From Octopus sinensis (lineage: Eukaryota), in the NCBI RefSeq assembly GCF_006345805.1, contig NC_043010.1, positions 62,186,001-62,250,000 of the forward strand: a stretch of DNA of 64,000 nucleotides, written 5' to 3'. The notes below the pieces were generated by a model, which searched no databases, was not told the origin of the DNA, and was given only the letters and a program-made list of their open reading frames with translations. The translations under genes and the position numbers were made by a program. This document shows positions 36,175 to 49,091 of this stretch, one piece after another (within the stretch, counting starts at the first letter, position 1; each line of letters starts with the position of its first letter).

Positions 36175-36821
36175 GCCCAGGTCACTGCTTGGAATCGAAC
36201 TTGGAATCTTGGGGTTTGTAGCCCACACCATATACCAGTGGGCACTAGCACATCCATGGGTAGGTATCACAGTTTAAGTCCTGGTATCTGATGTACCTAA
36301 CAACTATCCTCTCTATTTCTCACACCACCTCTCCCAAATTCACCAGCATTTATGCAGCTATCATTAATCTCTCTCATTAAGAGTACATTTTCATGAAGAG
36401 AATATCAGCTGAAATGGTAAATCAAGCGTAATGGTTCCTGGTATATTCCTTCCTTCAATCAAACCTTTTTTCCTTCCTTACAATGTCGATGTTATAAAAA
36501 TATCTAATTGGTAATCCATCGGTTACGATGAAGCAGGTTCCAGGTGATCTGATCAATGGAACAGTCTGCTCATGAAATTAATGTGCAAGTGGCTGAGTGC
36601 TCCACAGTTATCGGTCAGAGGGTCAAATGCAATTTTGGCCATTATTGATAATATTGCTTCCTCTCTGGAGGCACCGACAAAAAACTTGCTGGGAATGGGA
36701 CCAAAACATAACAAAACAAGACAGACTCGAGACGAGACCATTGGTGGACGGGCAGGGGACAAAACAATAAACAGAATAAAGGCTTAGGACCAGGCGAAGA
36801 CAACAATTAATAATAATAATA

Positions 36822-37153
36822 GATGGAGTGGCTGTGTGGTAAGTAGCTTGCTTGCTAACCACATGGTTCCGGGTTCAGTTTCACTGCATGGCACCTTAGG
36901 CAAGTGTCTTCTACTATAGCCTCACGCTGACCAAAGCTTTGTGAGTGGATTTGGTAGAAAGAAGCCCGTCGTATATATATAAATGTATATATGTGTGTAT
37001 ATGTTTGTGTGTGTGTTTACATGCCCATCACTTAGCGGTTTGGCAAAAAAGACCGCTAGAATAAGTACCAAGCTTACAATTTATTCGACTAAAGGCGGTG
37101 CTCCAGCATGGCCACAGTCAAATGACTGAAACAAATAAAAGAATAAAAGAATA
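36822..37153 (+). mobile_element. Family A SINE, full length
   Basis: Head through (GAATAAAA)n tail. Confidence 0.88.
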
Positions 37154-37555
37154 CAACAAAAAATGCTGTGGGGCTGCAAGACAGACAAAAGTGGGTAATG
37201 CAAAGGGGAACTGAAAACTGTCCTAAAGGACTATAGACATGGGAAGGGTGGGGTGAGGATCACGGAGGATCGTGACTGGTCCGGGAGACTTGAGAAGTCT
37301 CCTGATGACGATGGGATCCCAAGGGAGATTTACAAGTATGGTGAGCCTCACATTCCATCTTCACTCTTTGCTTCTCTTCTGTTGGCAGGAGAACACCTGA
37401 CAGGTGAAAACACTCCAAAAGTGTCACAGTCTACAAGCACAAGGAAGATCATGCAGAGTGCACCGGCAGCAGGGAAAATCTCTCTTCTGGATAATGCTGG
37501 CAAGATTCTCTCATGTATTCTCTTCTGAGGTCTTCTATCTGATGTTGTCAACTTG

Positions 37556-37851
37556 TTCCTTCTTGAGCCATGCCTGGCTCGTAAGGGCCGGTTTCCCGGT
37601 TCCTTGGCGTATACATTCCCTACCTGGACGGGACACCGGTCCGTTGCAGATGAGCTGCAAGATGCAGGAGGAAAGAGTGAGAGAAAGTTGAGGCGAAAGA
37701 GTCAGCAGAAGTTCGCCATTACCTTCTGCCGAAGCCGCGTAGAGCTTAAGTGTTTCGCTCATAAACACACACATCGCCTGGTCTGAGATTCGAACCCGCG
37801 ATCCCTCGACTACGTGTCTGCTGCTCTAACCACTAGGCTATGTGCCTCCAC
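37556..37851 (-). mobile_element. Family J-related SINE with a 14-bp TSD, inside the LINE
   Basis: ATGTTGTCAACTTG occurs at 37542-37555 and 37852-37865; A box TAGCCTAGTGG, B box GGTTCGAATC. Confidence 0.88.
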
Positions 37852-38435
37852 ATGTTGTCAACTTGGTTATGGCTGAGTCCCAGGATGGATTTCAACCAGA
37901 GAGAAGCACTTCTGACATATTTGGGACCCGTCTTCTTGAAATGTGTCACGAACAGCAGAGAGACATGTTACGTCTTCATTTAATGTAAGAAAGGGTGTTT
38001 GACATGGTCAACCATCCTATGTTGTGGGACCTGCTTCAGAAGTTTGGGTATCCATTAATTTTTCTCCTGATTGTCCAGAAGTCGCATGATGGCATGCAAA
38101 AGAAAATGACACTCAGCGGTGAAGCCTCCGAGAATCCTTTGATGTCCAAGTGGGAGCAAAACAAGGATGTGTCCTTGCTCCTGTACTGTTTAATACTTAC
38201 CTGGTGGCTGTAACCCTTATTTCCAGGAGAAAGTCCACCAAAGATGAAATTCATATCAGGTATTGTTATGATCGCAGCATCTTTAACAGTCGTTGCCTGG
38301 AAGCCAAATCAAAATCCTCTCAACCACTGCCTATAAGGTGATAATTTAGCTGCAACATCTCATACCTCTGCCTCTCTTCAACACATGATGAACTCAATAA
38401 ATGGTGCCTACTCTTTGCTCGGTCTTCAAGTGAAT

Positions 38436-38645
38436 CATCATCATCATCATTTAACGTCTGCTTTCCATGCTAGCATGGGTTGGACGATTTGACTGAGGTC
38501 TGGTGAACCAGACTCCAATCTGATCTGGCAGAGTTTCTACAGCTGGATGCCCTTCCTAATGCCAACCACTCCGAGAGTGTAGTGGGTGCCAGTCAAGCGG
38601 TACTGGCAACGGCCACACTCAAATGGTGCTTTTTATGTGCCACAT
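38436..38645 (-). mobile_element. Family B tail copy
   Basis: Sequence similarity to the other copies. Confidence 0.8.
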
Positions 38646-39419
38646 CAATAAACTGAAGACTCCAGCCAGCCATCCGGTACCCATCCTACCCCACTCAGCC
38701 TGTTCTTATTGATGATGCTTCTCTGCTGCAGGCAGACTCATTCTGCTATCATGGACGCAGAATCTCTAACACTGGACGCCTTGATGAGGAAATACTCCGT
38801 CGAAACAACTCAGCCTCTGCATCTTTTGGGAGACTCAGCAAATGAGAGTCTTTCAGAACAAGAACCTTTGGAGCAAGTTCAAAAATCTCAATTTATCGAG
38901 CTGCCTGTGTATCCACCCACCTGCATGGGTCTAAGTGCTGGACCCCTTATCGGCCAACTGGAAAAGTTCCATATCAGATCATTCTAAAGTATCCATGATT
39001 TCAAGTGGAAGGACAAGGTGCCTCATACTGAAGGGCTCCTGAGGGCTGTGATCTACAGCATTGAGGCCTGCATCCTTCATTGTCTTCTCCACAGAGTTGG
39101 TCATGTTGATTCAGATGTCAGGTAACAAACTCTCAAAGATGGTCCTCTTCAGTGAGATCAAGACTGGAAGAAGGCCCTCATGGATGTCCAAAACTTTTTT
39201 TCGAATCTCAAGTCATCTTCTCATTTTGTGGTATCCCTCCAAATCAGTTGGAGGCCATGGCTGTTAGTTGGGGGGCATGGAGGTCCATGCGTGATGCTGG
39301 AATAGACTACTTTGAAACTGAACTCAGGAGACAGCATGAAGAAAGGAGGAGACATCATCATCAACCCCCTGCGGCTGTTGTTTGGGGTCACAGTCAATGC
39401 TCTCAGTACCTCAGGATTT

Positions 39420-39752
39420 TCCTTTCTCTTTGGACACTAAACTTTGCTTGCGAAGACCTGTTGGGGCAAGTGAAATCGAAATCAAAATTGACCCAAATTC
39501 GATGACTGGCACCCGTGCCAGTGGAGTGCTAACAGCTCCATCTGAGCGGGATCATTGCCAGAGCAGCTGTCTGGCTCCTGTGCCAGTGGCACATAAAAAG
39601 CACCATTGGCATTAGGAAGGGTATCCAGCTGTAGAAACTCTGCCAGATCAGATTGGAGCCTGGTGCAGCCATCTGGTTCGCTAGTCCTCAGTCAAATCGT
39701 CCAACCCATGCTGGCATAGAAAGCGGACGTTAAACGATGATGATGATGATGT
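39420..39752 (+). mobile_element. Family B copy, longer variant
   Basis: Starts with GAAGACCTGTTGGGGCAAGTGA, similar to the LINE stop region, and ends in (GAT)n. Confidence 0.8.
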
Positions 39753-40729
39753 TTCTGTCTTGTCAGCCATGAGTAAGAATGTGTCGGAGGCAGAGGAAGA
39801 TGATTGTCATCATCGTAGATGGACTGTCATAAGCAAGAGTAAGCATTTATGTCTGTTCCCCACCACCGTTTGACAGCCAGTGTTGGTTTGTTTACGTCCC
39901 CGTAACTTAGCAGTTCGGCAAGAAAAACCGGTAGAATAAGTACTGGGGATCAATTCATTCGACTAAAACTTCAAGGCCCTGCGGAGTATGGGCCGCAATT
40001 TAATGACTGAAACAAGTAGAAAATAAAAGGTGTGTGTGTGCGTGCGAGTGTGTGTGTGTCTGTGTGTGCGTGTTTGTGCGTGCGGTGTCTTATTGAATAA
40101 GTATAAACGTGTGTGTGTGTGTGTGTTTAAGGAAATTCCTTTCTCTGCCAGAAGCAACATCGCAAAATAAAGAGAGGCAGGACGAAGAAAGAGGGAGGGG
40201 GTGATAAAGGAAAGAGAGAGAAAGGAAGACTCAAGCTAGACAATACGGTGTGTATGGCTGTGTGTGTGTGTGTGTGTGTAGACAATTAAAGAGTCGTCTG
40301 AAGGAAGCCTTAAGAAGGTCAGCCAGGCTTCCGTCTACTTCTCCTCTTTGCCAAACACGTTCAGTCAGTCGTCTTCCCGACGTGTGTCTGACGTGCAGCC
40401 TGCTCATACCTATGTGTGTGTGTGTGTGTGTGAGTAGATTTTTACTTCTGTGCGTGTGTGTGGATCGGTGTATTTCTGTGTGTCTGTGTAAGTGTATCTA
40501 TAACTGTGTATTTCTTTAGGTATGCGAGTGTATGTTTCTGTGTGTGTGTGTGTTTCTCTATGTGTGTGTGTGTGAGTATATTTTTACTTCTGTGTGTGTG
40601 TATATGTATTTCTGTGTGTGTCTGTGTAAGTGTATCTATAACTGTGTGTGTCTGTGTATTTCTTTAGGTATATGAGTGTATGTTTCTGTGTGTGTAAGTA
40701 TTTCTCTATGTGTGTATGTTCATGGCGAA

Positions 40730-41640
40730 CAAGCGCGCGAGAGAGAAAGCTAAATGATTAGAGATAGAGAGATGTACAGAGAGATAGAGAGATGTACAGA
40801 GAGAGAGAGAGACAGAGTGTGGGAAGAAAGTAGATAGGTATAGATGTAGGAGAGAGTGACCGAGAAATGGAGGGAAGAGATAAGAGGGAAAGAACAGAGA
40901 GAGAGAGTGTGTGTGTGTGTGTGTGACAAATACACAAGAGATGAAGAGAGGGGGTAGGGAATACGTGAGTAAAGTGAAATTAAGAGAAAGAGATACAGGT
41001 AAGAGATTAAGAGAGGAGGAGGGACAAACAAAAGAAGCCACAAAATAAGGAGTAGGAGGAAAGTATACAATGAGAGGAAAAGTGTGAGTGTAGAGGTAAG
41101 AGGAGGATAAGGAAGAGGAAACAGAATGACAGTGTGTGTGAGTAACAAGTAGAGAGGATCGGAGGAGGAAGGGAGAGGAGATAAGTAGTGAGGGGAAGGT
41201 ATGAAATATAAGGGAATAGAGAGAGAGATAGACTGAAACTGAGAGAAAGAGAGTAAGTTGTCGATGGGGAAAGGATAGATATCTGAGAGACGGAGAGAAA
41301 TAGATAGAGAAATGTGAGGAGAAGAGAGAGAGAGAGAGAGAGAGAAATAATATGGCAAAGAGATAAAGAGATGGAAAGCGAGAAGAGAGAAAAAGTGGTA
41401 AAAAAAAGAAATGGAAGAAGAGGAGAGTGAAGGGGAAATAGACAGGAAAAGGTGTGGGAAGACGGAAAGAGAGAGGAGCAGGAAGAGGATGAGGCGAGTG
41501 AGAGAGCGAATACAAAAATGAGTGAGAAACAATAAGGAGAGAAAATAAATGATAGAGCGAAAGAGGCAGGGAGAGAGAGAGAGAGGTGAGAGGATAAGTA
41601 TGGAAGAAAGGAGGGAACATAATGGTGGAGGATAGAGCTA
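40730..41640. repeat. ~900-bp purine-rich (GA) strand-asymmetric low-complexity tract
   Basis: Directly visible; it produces the long L/S/F artefact ORFs. Confidence 0.9.
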
Positions 41641-43140
41641 TAAAATAAGATTGTACACATACACCACATTCAACACACAGATGTGTGTGTGTAGATGGAG
41701 GTGTATATATCTGTCTTTCCTCAAAGACCTAGAGATAAGAAGTTTTTTCCCCCCCATTTCCTTCTCCCCGTTTCTCGCTCATTAAATTCTTAAGTTTTCA
41801 TTTAGCCACAGCTCAGCGAAACTTCGAAGTCACTATCAAGAAAGAGAGAGAGGGAGGGAGGGAGGGAAAGAATGAACAGAGAGAAAAGGGGTTTGAGGTG
41901 GAGTAAAAAGGAGGGGGGAAAGGTTTGTGTGAAAGATGGAGAGGGGAAGGAAACGGGAAGAGGGAAGAGAGATTCTTTTACTCAATTTCAGTAATTCAAC
42001 TGTGGCCATGATGGAGCACCGCATCCTGGGTCGAGAGAGAGAGAGAGAGGTGTGAGCGGTAATGGTGTTGGTGATAATGATGATGATGGTGGTGGTGGTG
42101 GTGGTGGTGGTAGTGGTGGCGGCGGTAGTGATGGATGCCTGAAGTGGAAGGTGAAACAATATATTTTCAAATAAAAGGGAAGTAAAATGTATATGGATCT
42201 CGGTGGCTTTCCCAACCTCAGCATCTGGCGGAAAGGGAAGCTGGCGACCCCAATCACGCCGATATAGCAATAGCATAAGACACACATTGTCGACACCGCC
42301 ATTACACATACGAACACACACGCATAAACACACATATACACACACACACACACATCGTCAATACCAACATCACGTATAGACCCACACATATACATATTTT
42401 CAAACATCCCAGACGACACACACACATATACAGAGAGACACACACACATATACACATCCTCATACAATCATAAGCATAAAATACACATCGCAAATACTCA
42501 TTGCTATACACACGTATAAACATAGACTTCTCCACTAAAAATACACACATACACACATAAATACATACATACATACATACACACACATACATACACACAT
42601 TCATACACACATACATACATACACACACACGGCCAACCTCGTCGCCATCACGAGGACCCAGGCTGCTAGAAGTGCAACTAACGTGATATATAAATGCAGG
42701 CGTACATCACTCGATGTGCAGCAGTGTGCATCATGTGCTATTAATGCTGTCACTAGGTAGGAATTTAAATAATTAACCACAGAGCTGCAGCAATCCACTA
42801 AGTATATTGCATAAATGCATGTACGTACGTGTGCGAGTGTCTGTGTGTATATATGTGTATATATATATATATATATATACACATACATATATATATATAT
42901 ATATATGTATGTATACATACATCCACATACATATATATACACAGATGCACATATGTATATATATTTATACATACATGTATATGTGTGTGTGTATGTATGT
43001 GTATATATATTATATATATATATATACATACACATATATATAAACATACATACATACAACACACACATTTATATATATACATACATACATATATATATAT
43101 ATATATGTGTGTAAGTATGTCTGTATGTATATATAAGTGC

Positions 43141-43840
43141 AGGCGTGGCTGTGTGGTAAGTAGCTTGCTTACCAACCACATGGTTTTGGGTTCAATCCCA
43201 CTGTTTGATACCTTGTGCAAGTGTCTTCTACTATAGACTTGGGCCAACCAAAGCCTCATGAGTGGATTTGGTAGACGGAAACTGAAAGAAGCCCGTCGTA
43301 TATATGTATATGTGCGTATGTTTGTCCCCCCCCCCAACTTTGCTTGACATCTGATGCTGGTGTGTTTATGTCCCCATAACTTAGCGGTTCAGCAAAAGAG
43401 ACTGATAGAATAAGTACTAGGCTTACAGAGAATAAGTCCTGGAGTCAATTTGCTCGACTAAAGGTAGTGCCCCAGCATGGCTGCTGTCAAATGACTGAAA
43501 CCAGCAAAAGAGTGCTTACGTGAAAACTGTAAACTTACTTTTGAGCCATCCTGTACAACCAGTGGCAGACAAGCACCACCATGCCCCGCTACCAGGCCAT
43601 AGGATTTTGGTCCTCTTTGGCTTTCTATCACAAAACTAATACGAGAGATTCTCTCATGGTCAATATTGCAGTATTGTGTGTTTACATCCCCGTCACTTAG
43701 CGGTTCAGCAAAAGAGGCCGATAGAATAAGTACTGGGCTTACAAAGAATAAGTCCCGGGGTCGATTTGCTGGACTAAAGGTGGTGCTCCAGCATGGCCGC
43801 AGTCAAATGACTGAAACAAGTAAAAGAGTAAAGAGAGTAT
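43141..43840 (+). mobile_element. Family A SINE, full length (43141-43512), plus a 3' fragment (43675-43840)
   Basis: Sequence similarity to the other copies. Confidence 0.85.
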
Positions 43841-44444
43841 CTACTTTTAAATTTACCTTTTGGCCTTAATACCGCTTCTGTTGCTTTAATTATACGTCAT
43901 ACAATCTGCCCTTCAACAAGAGAGCATCTTATCCTTTGTCGGCAGCAGACAAATTGACTTCCTGGATATCTTCCACTCTGTTCTGACACTGGCTGCCATG
44001 TTCCATGTTTTCACAACACTGATCTCCATTGTTAATAAAGTCATCTAACAGAAGCTGTCTTGTACTTCTCGGTCCCTTCACAGGCATTAGAAGATATTCT
44101 ATGGGTTATCTTACTGCTTATTTACTCCCATCAACATACTTGCACATGGAAACCCCCTTTTCTCTCTGTGCCCCTATTTTATTTGAAACACAGTACAGAA
44201 AACTGTAGCTACATCGTTTCTGCATATTGAACCTGACCACTTCTCAAAAAGTAGAAGAATGTATATTCTTTGCATCTAAGGCTTTGGTCTCTGCTAAGGT
44301 GGCATTGACATTCACTGGCAAAGTCACATTCAAGTTGACTACAATGTGACAAGGCCATATGTCAAAGTTAACTCCTACTTGACAAGGCTATGTCAAAGTT
44401 AACTGTCTAATGTCAAGACCACAATCACAACTACTTCGAGTCAT

Positions 44445-44895
44445 CATCATCATCGTTTAACGTCCACTTTCCATGCTGGTTGGATGGTTTGACTGAGGGC
44501 TAGCAAACCAGAAGGCTGTACCAGGCTCCAGTCTGACCTGGCAAAATTTCTACAGCATGATGCCCTTCCTAATGCCAACCACTCCAAGTGTAGTGGGTGC
44601 TTTTTACATGCCACCAGCAAGCTGGCCAGTTAGGTAGTACAGGCATTGACTACGCTTGAATGGTGCTTTATACATGCCACCAGCATGGGACAAGTCAGGT
44701 GGCACTGACATCGACCATGCTCAAATGGTGCTTTTTAAGCGCCAATCAGGTAATACTGTCATCGGCTACAACGGTGACTTCACAAGCACGGTTTATTGCC
44801 CAATGATTGAAGGGTACTCTTAAAAGGGCCGGTTGTGCTGCACTAGTACAGGCCACAGTTAGTCTCATTTGGCTTGCCAGGTCTTCTCAAAGCAG
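44445..44895 (-). mobile_element. Complete RTE 3' UTR / family B copy
   Basis: Runs from the LINE stop region (GAGAAGACCTGGCAAGCCAA) to (GAT)n. Confidence 0.8.
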
Positions 44896-46994
44896 GTCCT
44901 ATTTGCTAGCAATTACAGCATCACAACCACCATATGTATTTACCAGCACCTACCAATCAACAATTAGAGCTACCTCAGGTGTCTTGCCATTATATGACCC
45001 TCACCACTTAACAATCACATCTACCTTAAGTTGTATCTTCCTGGCTCTATCCTAAAATCTCTAATGACATCTATTCCATCATTAGCACAATTTCAATTTT
45101 GTTCTTCCATCTTAAAATGGGTTGCACACATCTCCAAGAGTTTCGGCCCACACCAGTCCTTCCTCTTCTGCAAACTCCTTTCAACTGGATCATCTTTAAC
45201 GAACGCTCTTAATCCCTTTTCTTCCAGATTTCTGTTGAGAAACGCTGCCTTTGTTTTGATTCATTTTAAGAACAATGATTAATTTACAAAAGTAACCGTC
45301 ATTAAGAAACTGTTGTTTGAAACACAAATTAATATGAAATTCTGATGAAAGTGTTTTGCTCAGATCGTTTTAAAACAGGAAGCCTGTCTCATAGCACCAA
45401 GAGTGGTTTCAGGTGGGTTGGTATCAAAACAATTGAAACTCTTAGACATTATCATAAGGTTTTGGCCACATATTTTGGAATAGAATTTCAAAGAATCTTC
45501 TAGATCCAGCTGACATAACTGCCCCATGTGATCTCCGTATTGTCATGACATTACTCATCTTCTTGTACCTTGAAAGTGTACACCAACCCCTCAGCATCAC
45601 CATTTCTTTTCTCTCTTCCCAGCCAGGGTAACCATGAGCTCCTTCCTCTTCAGCAAGACACTGGTTCCGGTCCCTCTGGCATAGACTAACTTCTGAATAC
45701 TTACTATAAAGCCACCTCCTAGAGGTGTCATGTCTTGCAGGTTGCCCATGTGTCACATAAAAAGCAACCAGTATACTCTACAAGTGGCTTGTGTTAGGAA
45801 TGGCATCCAGTTGTAGAAATCCTGCCAAAGCAGACAGTGGAGCTTGACACAGCCCCCTTGGTCTTAAGATCCTTTCAAACTGTACAACCCATGCCAGCAT
45901 GAAAGACAGGCATTAATGATGATGTGGGTTTGACCTCTGTAACAACTGACCTCACACTCATAGACAGACGTTTAGTGTGGCCTCTGTGGTAGTTAGAGTG
46001 GTAGCACCTCTCTATGGTTAACAGCCAAACATTTATAGAGAGAGAGGTTAACCAGGTGTAATTCACCTACCTCAGTCTTTAACTCAGATTAGTATTCCTG
46101 GTCAGTTGAACAAAATATGGAACCATCACTGACAGAGAGGAAGTTACCAGTGATACACGACACACAAAATGTCAGTGAAAGGTTCAGGTGTATATGTAAA
46201 ATAGGGGCCACTGCCCAAAGCCAGGGGCTGGGTATTCGACTCATATGCTGCTGACTTAATCACTGAGTTGTAACAAGAAACAAACCATCTATGGATTTGA
46301 GACCTATGAGGTGGGGTGGCTGCTGTAGTGAGAGACACTGGCCAGTCTCTGCAGCAGTGCCAAGGCAGTTATGTCTGCAGGGGTCACTTGAATACACCAT
46401 TTGTACTGGGGTGTACTGTCTTCCCCCATCTTCTGCTGCTCAACACCACCAACCGTTTCTTTCTGATTAAATTGTGATTCAAACTTGATGCAAATAATGA
46501 CAGAAATGGAAATTTTAAACATACCAAATGGCCTCCTAGTCCTGTCAAAAAAGGGGTACAGAGAAGGTCCCAGCTTTTGAAAGGCAAATACCAAAATATA
46601 TAGTTTAGTATTATAGGTGCTGATGGGGCCGTGTCATTGAAAAGCTTGCTTCCTGACCATGGCGTTGGGAAGGCTGTGAGAAAATTGAAAAACTGTTCAT
46701 TTACAAAGTCCTTTGAAATATTTGCTCTGCAATGATTTACTGATACTCCCTTATCAGTCTTACCATAAAACAAAAGCAGTGACTCTGTGATTGGCTCAGT
46801 GGAAATGTGGACCAACAATGTTATTGTTCTCAAATTGTGACAAAAAACAACAAATAAATAAATTGATGATCAAAATCAGATTAAAATATATTGATGGATT
46901 TTCAATAGATCAGCAGCTGAAGGGGAGTGGAAATCTACAAAAATTAGAAAGCAGAATGGGGGAGAGACAAATTGCCATGATAAAAATTTCAGAT

Positions 46995-47530
46995 AGCTGT
47001 GTGATAAGAAGTCTGCTTACCATCCACATGGTGCTGAGTTCAGTCCCACTGTGTGGCACCTTCCGCAAGTGTCTATAGCCAGAGGCCAATGAGGGCCTTG
47101 TGAGTGGATTTGGTAGACAAAAACGTGAAGAAGTCCATCATATACATATGTGTGCACGTGTATCTATATACATATATATGTGTGTAGTCACAGCTGTGTG
47201 GTAAGTGGCTTGCTTACCAACCACATGGTTCAGGGTTCAGTGTCTTCTACTATAGCCTTGGGCTGACCAAAGCCTTGTGAGTAGATTTCATAAACAGAAA
47301 CTGAAATAAGCCCATCGTATATATATGTATTTGTGGGTCTCTGTTTCTCCCCCATCATTGCTTGACAACCAATGTTGGTGTGTTTACGTCTCCATAACTT
47401 AGTGGTTCAGCAAAAGAGACCGATAACATAAGTACTAGGCTCACAAAGAATAAGTCCTGGAGTCAATTTGTTCAACTAAAGGTGGTGCTCCAGCATAGCC
47501 ACAGTCAAATGACTGAAACAAATAAAAGAA
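46995..47530 (+). mobile_element. Family A SINE head fragment plus a second near-complete copy
   Basis: Sequence similarity to the other copies. Confidence 0.8.
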
Positions 47531-47701
47531 TATATATATATGCATAGAGGTGAGTTAAGTTAGGTTATAACAACCATCTACGGGATACTTGTATCTAATG
47601 AATTACTGGTACCTTACCTATATGTTATAATCAGTATTAGTATTAATGCTCATAAACGACAGGTAAGGAAAGGAATAAACTGAAGTTTATCTAAATTTAA
47701 G

Positions 47702-48022
47702 GAAAAAAAGAAAATGGAGATAAAATTGATAATTAATAAACATCAATTATCAAGAGTCGGTCGACCGGTTTCCAGCGGGACAGCATGTAACATCAATTGG
47801 TAGATCCTTACTGTCTCCCTTGCTCTATATTTTCCCGCTCTGATGAAGTTCCACTATTCAAGTTGGTATAATTAATTATTTACAATGATAATTATCATTA
47901 TTATTGTTATTGTAGCAATTAAGATTAAGCGTGACATTACGTTGAATAGCACCAACAGAAACAGCTGTCAGATGAGATATCGTCTTTTTTATAATCAATT
48001 TTATCTCCATTTTCTTTTTTAC
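47702..48022. mobile_element. ~320-bp element with ~28-bp inverted ends and hammerhead-like motifs
   Basis: AAAAAAGAAAATGGAGATAAAATTGAT is inverted at the two ends. CTGATGA 47840-47846, GAAACAGCTGTC 47958-47969, and minus-strand GAAACCGGTC 47763-47772. Confidence 0.5.
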
Positions 48023-48866
48023 TTTATATATGTATACATATATATGTGTGTGTGTGTGTGCATGGATGTGCATGCATGTGTGTACATATATATGGATGTG
48101 CATGAATGTGTGTGTGTGTATAGATACATATGGATATGCATGTGTGTGTGTGTATATATATATATGGATGTGCATGTATGTGTGTGTATATATATACGGC
48201 TGTGCATGTATGTGTGTGTATATATATATGGATGAGCAAGTATGTGTGTATATGATATGGATGTGCATGTATGTGTGTGTATATATATGGATGTGCATGT
48301 ATGTGTACCTGCATATGGCTGTGGGAATATTAGTGTTTCTTGGCTTTGACGCCACATGACACCTGTAAAGAAGCAACACCATCATGCAAGCATCTTCCTT
48401 CATTTCCAGTCTCTCGTGGAAAGCATGTATGGCCGGGGAGGGGCGGGGGAATATGTCCTTGCTTGGAAACAAGTGAGGGTTGGTGACAAGAATGGCATCC
48501 AGCTGTAGAAAAAATCAGCCTCAACAAATCCCATCCGAGCAGAGGGGAAAATGGACATCAAACAATACAGATGATGGTCCACCACTGTGAGAAACAAAAA
48601 AGCAATACAAAGATAACCTCTATTCCGTGAAGGCACACGGTTTAGCAGTTAGGGTTTTCAGCTCTTGATCTTAAGGTCACAAGTTCAATTCCTATCAGTG
48701 TGTTTTACTCCTTGAGCAAGACACTTGATTTCATGTTGCTCCAGTCCACTCAGCTGGCAAAAGTGAGTAATTCCAGGGTGGGGAATATAAATGCCAAAGA
48801 ATTTGGGAAAAAGGCCTTGGAAAGTCCTTCTATGCTTTTTTGTTGAAACTCTATTCTGTCTTCTCT

Positions 48867-49091
48867 TTAACCCTTTTCTTACCATATTTCTGTTGAGATG
48901 CTCTGTATTTTTTTCAATTAATTTTAAATATAACAAAGAATTTAGTAAAATAATTTATCATTCAGCTAGTGTTAGGAACATAAATTGTGACTAAGGTTTG
49001 GTGGAAGATTTTAATTCAAAACTTATGAAAATAAGACATTTCTACTCAGAGCCAGAGCTGGTTTCAGCTAGGTTGGTATCAAAAGGGTTAG
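48867..49091. mobile_element. Family G MITE, single copy
   Basis: Same sequence as the array units. Confidence 0.85.

Larger units (their letters stand above)
35394..36242 (-). mobile_element. Family E tRNA-headed SINE with a hammerhead tail, split by family D copy 3
   Basis: The B box AGTTCGATTCC lies near 36195, an internal (AAT)n holds the nested element, and the 3' part spans 35394-35558. Confidence 0.7.
37250..39400 (+). pseudogene. Decayed RTE/BovB-like LINE reverse transcriptase region, interrupted by two retroposons
   Basis: Fragments SPDDDGIPREIYKYG, ESQDGFQPERST, VFDMVNHPMLWDLLQKFG, KQGCVLAPVLF and KMVLFSEIKTGRRP occur in order, with frameshifts. Confidence 0.8.

Noticed and set aside
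36822-36900. tRNA genes
   Set aside because: All A/B-box hits are SINE heads without a foldable cloverleaf or oligo-T terminator; no genuine tRNA or rRNA gene was found.
40706-41669. Long ORFs of 304, 260 and 220 aa
   Set aside because: These are L/S/F-rich translations of a CT low-complexity strand that lacks stop codons for compositional reasons.
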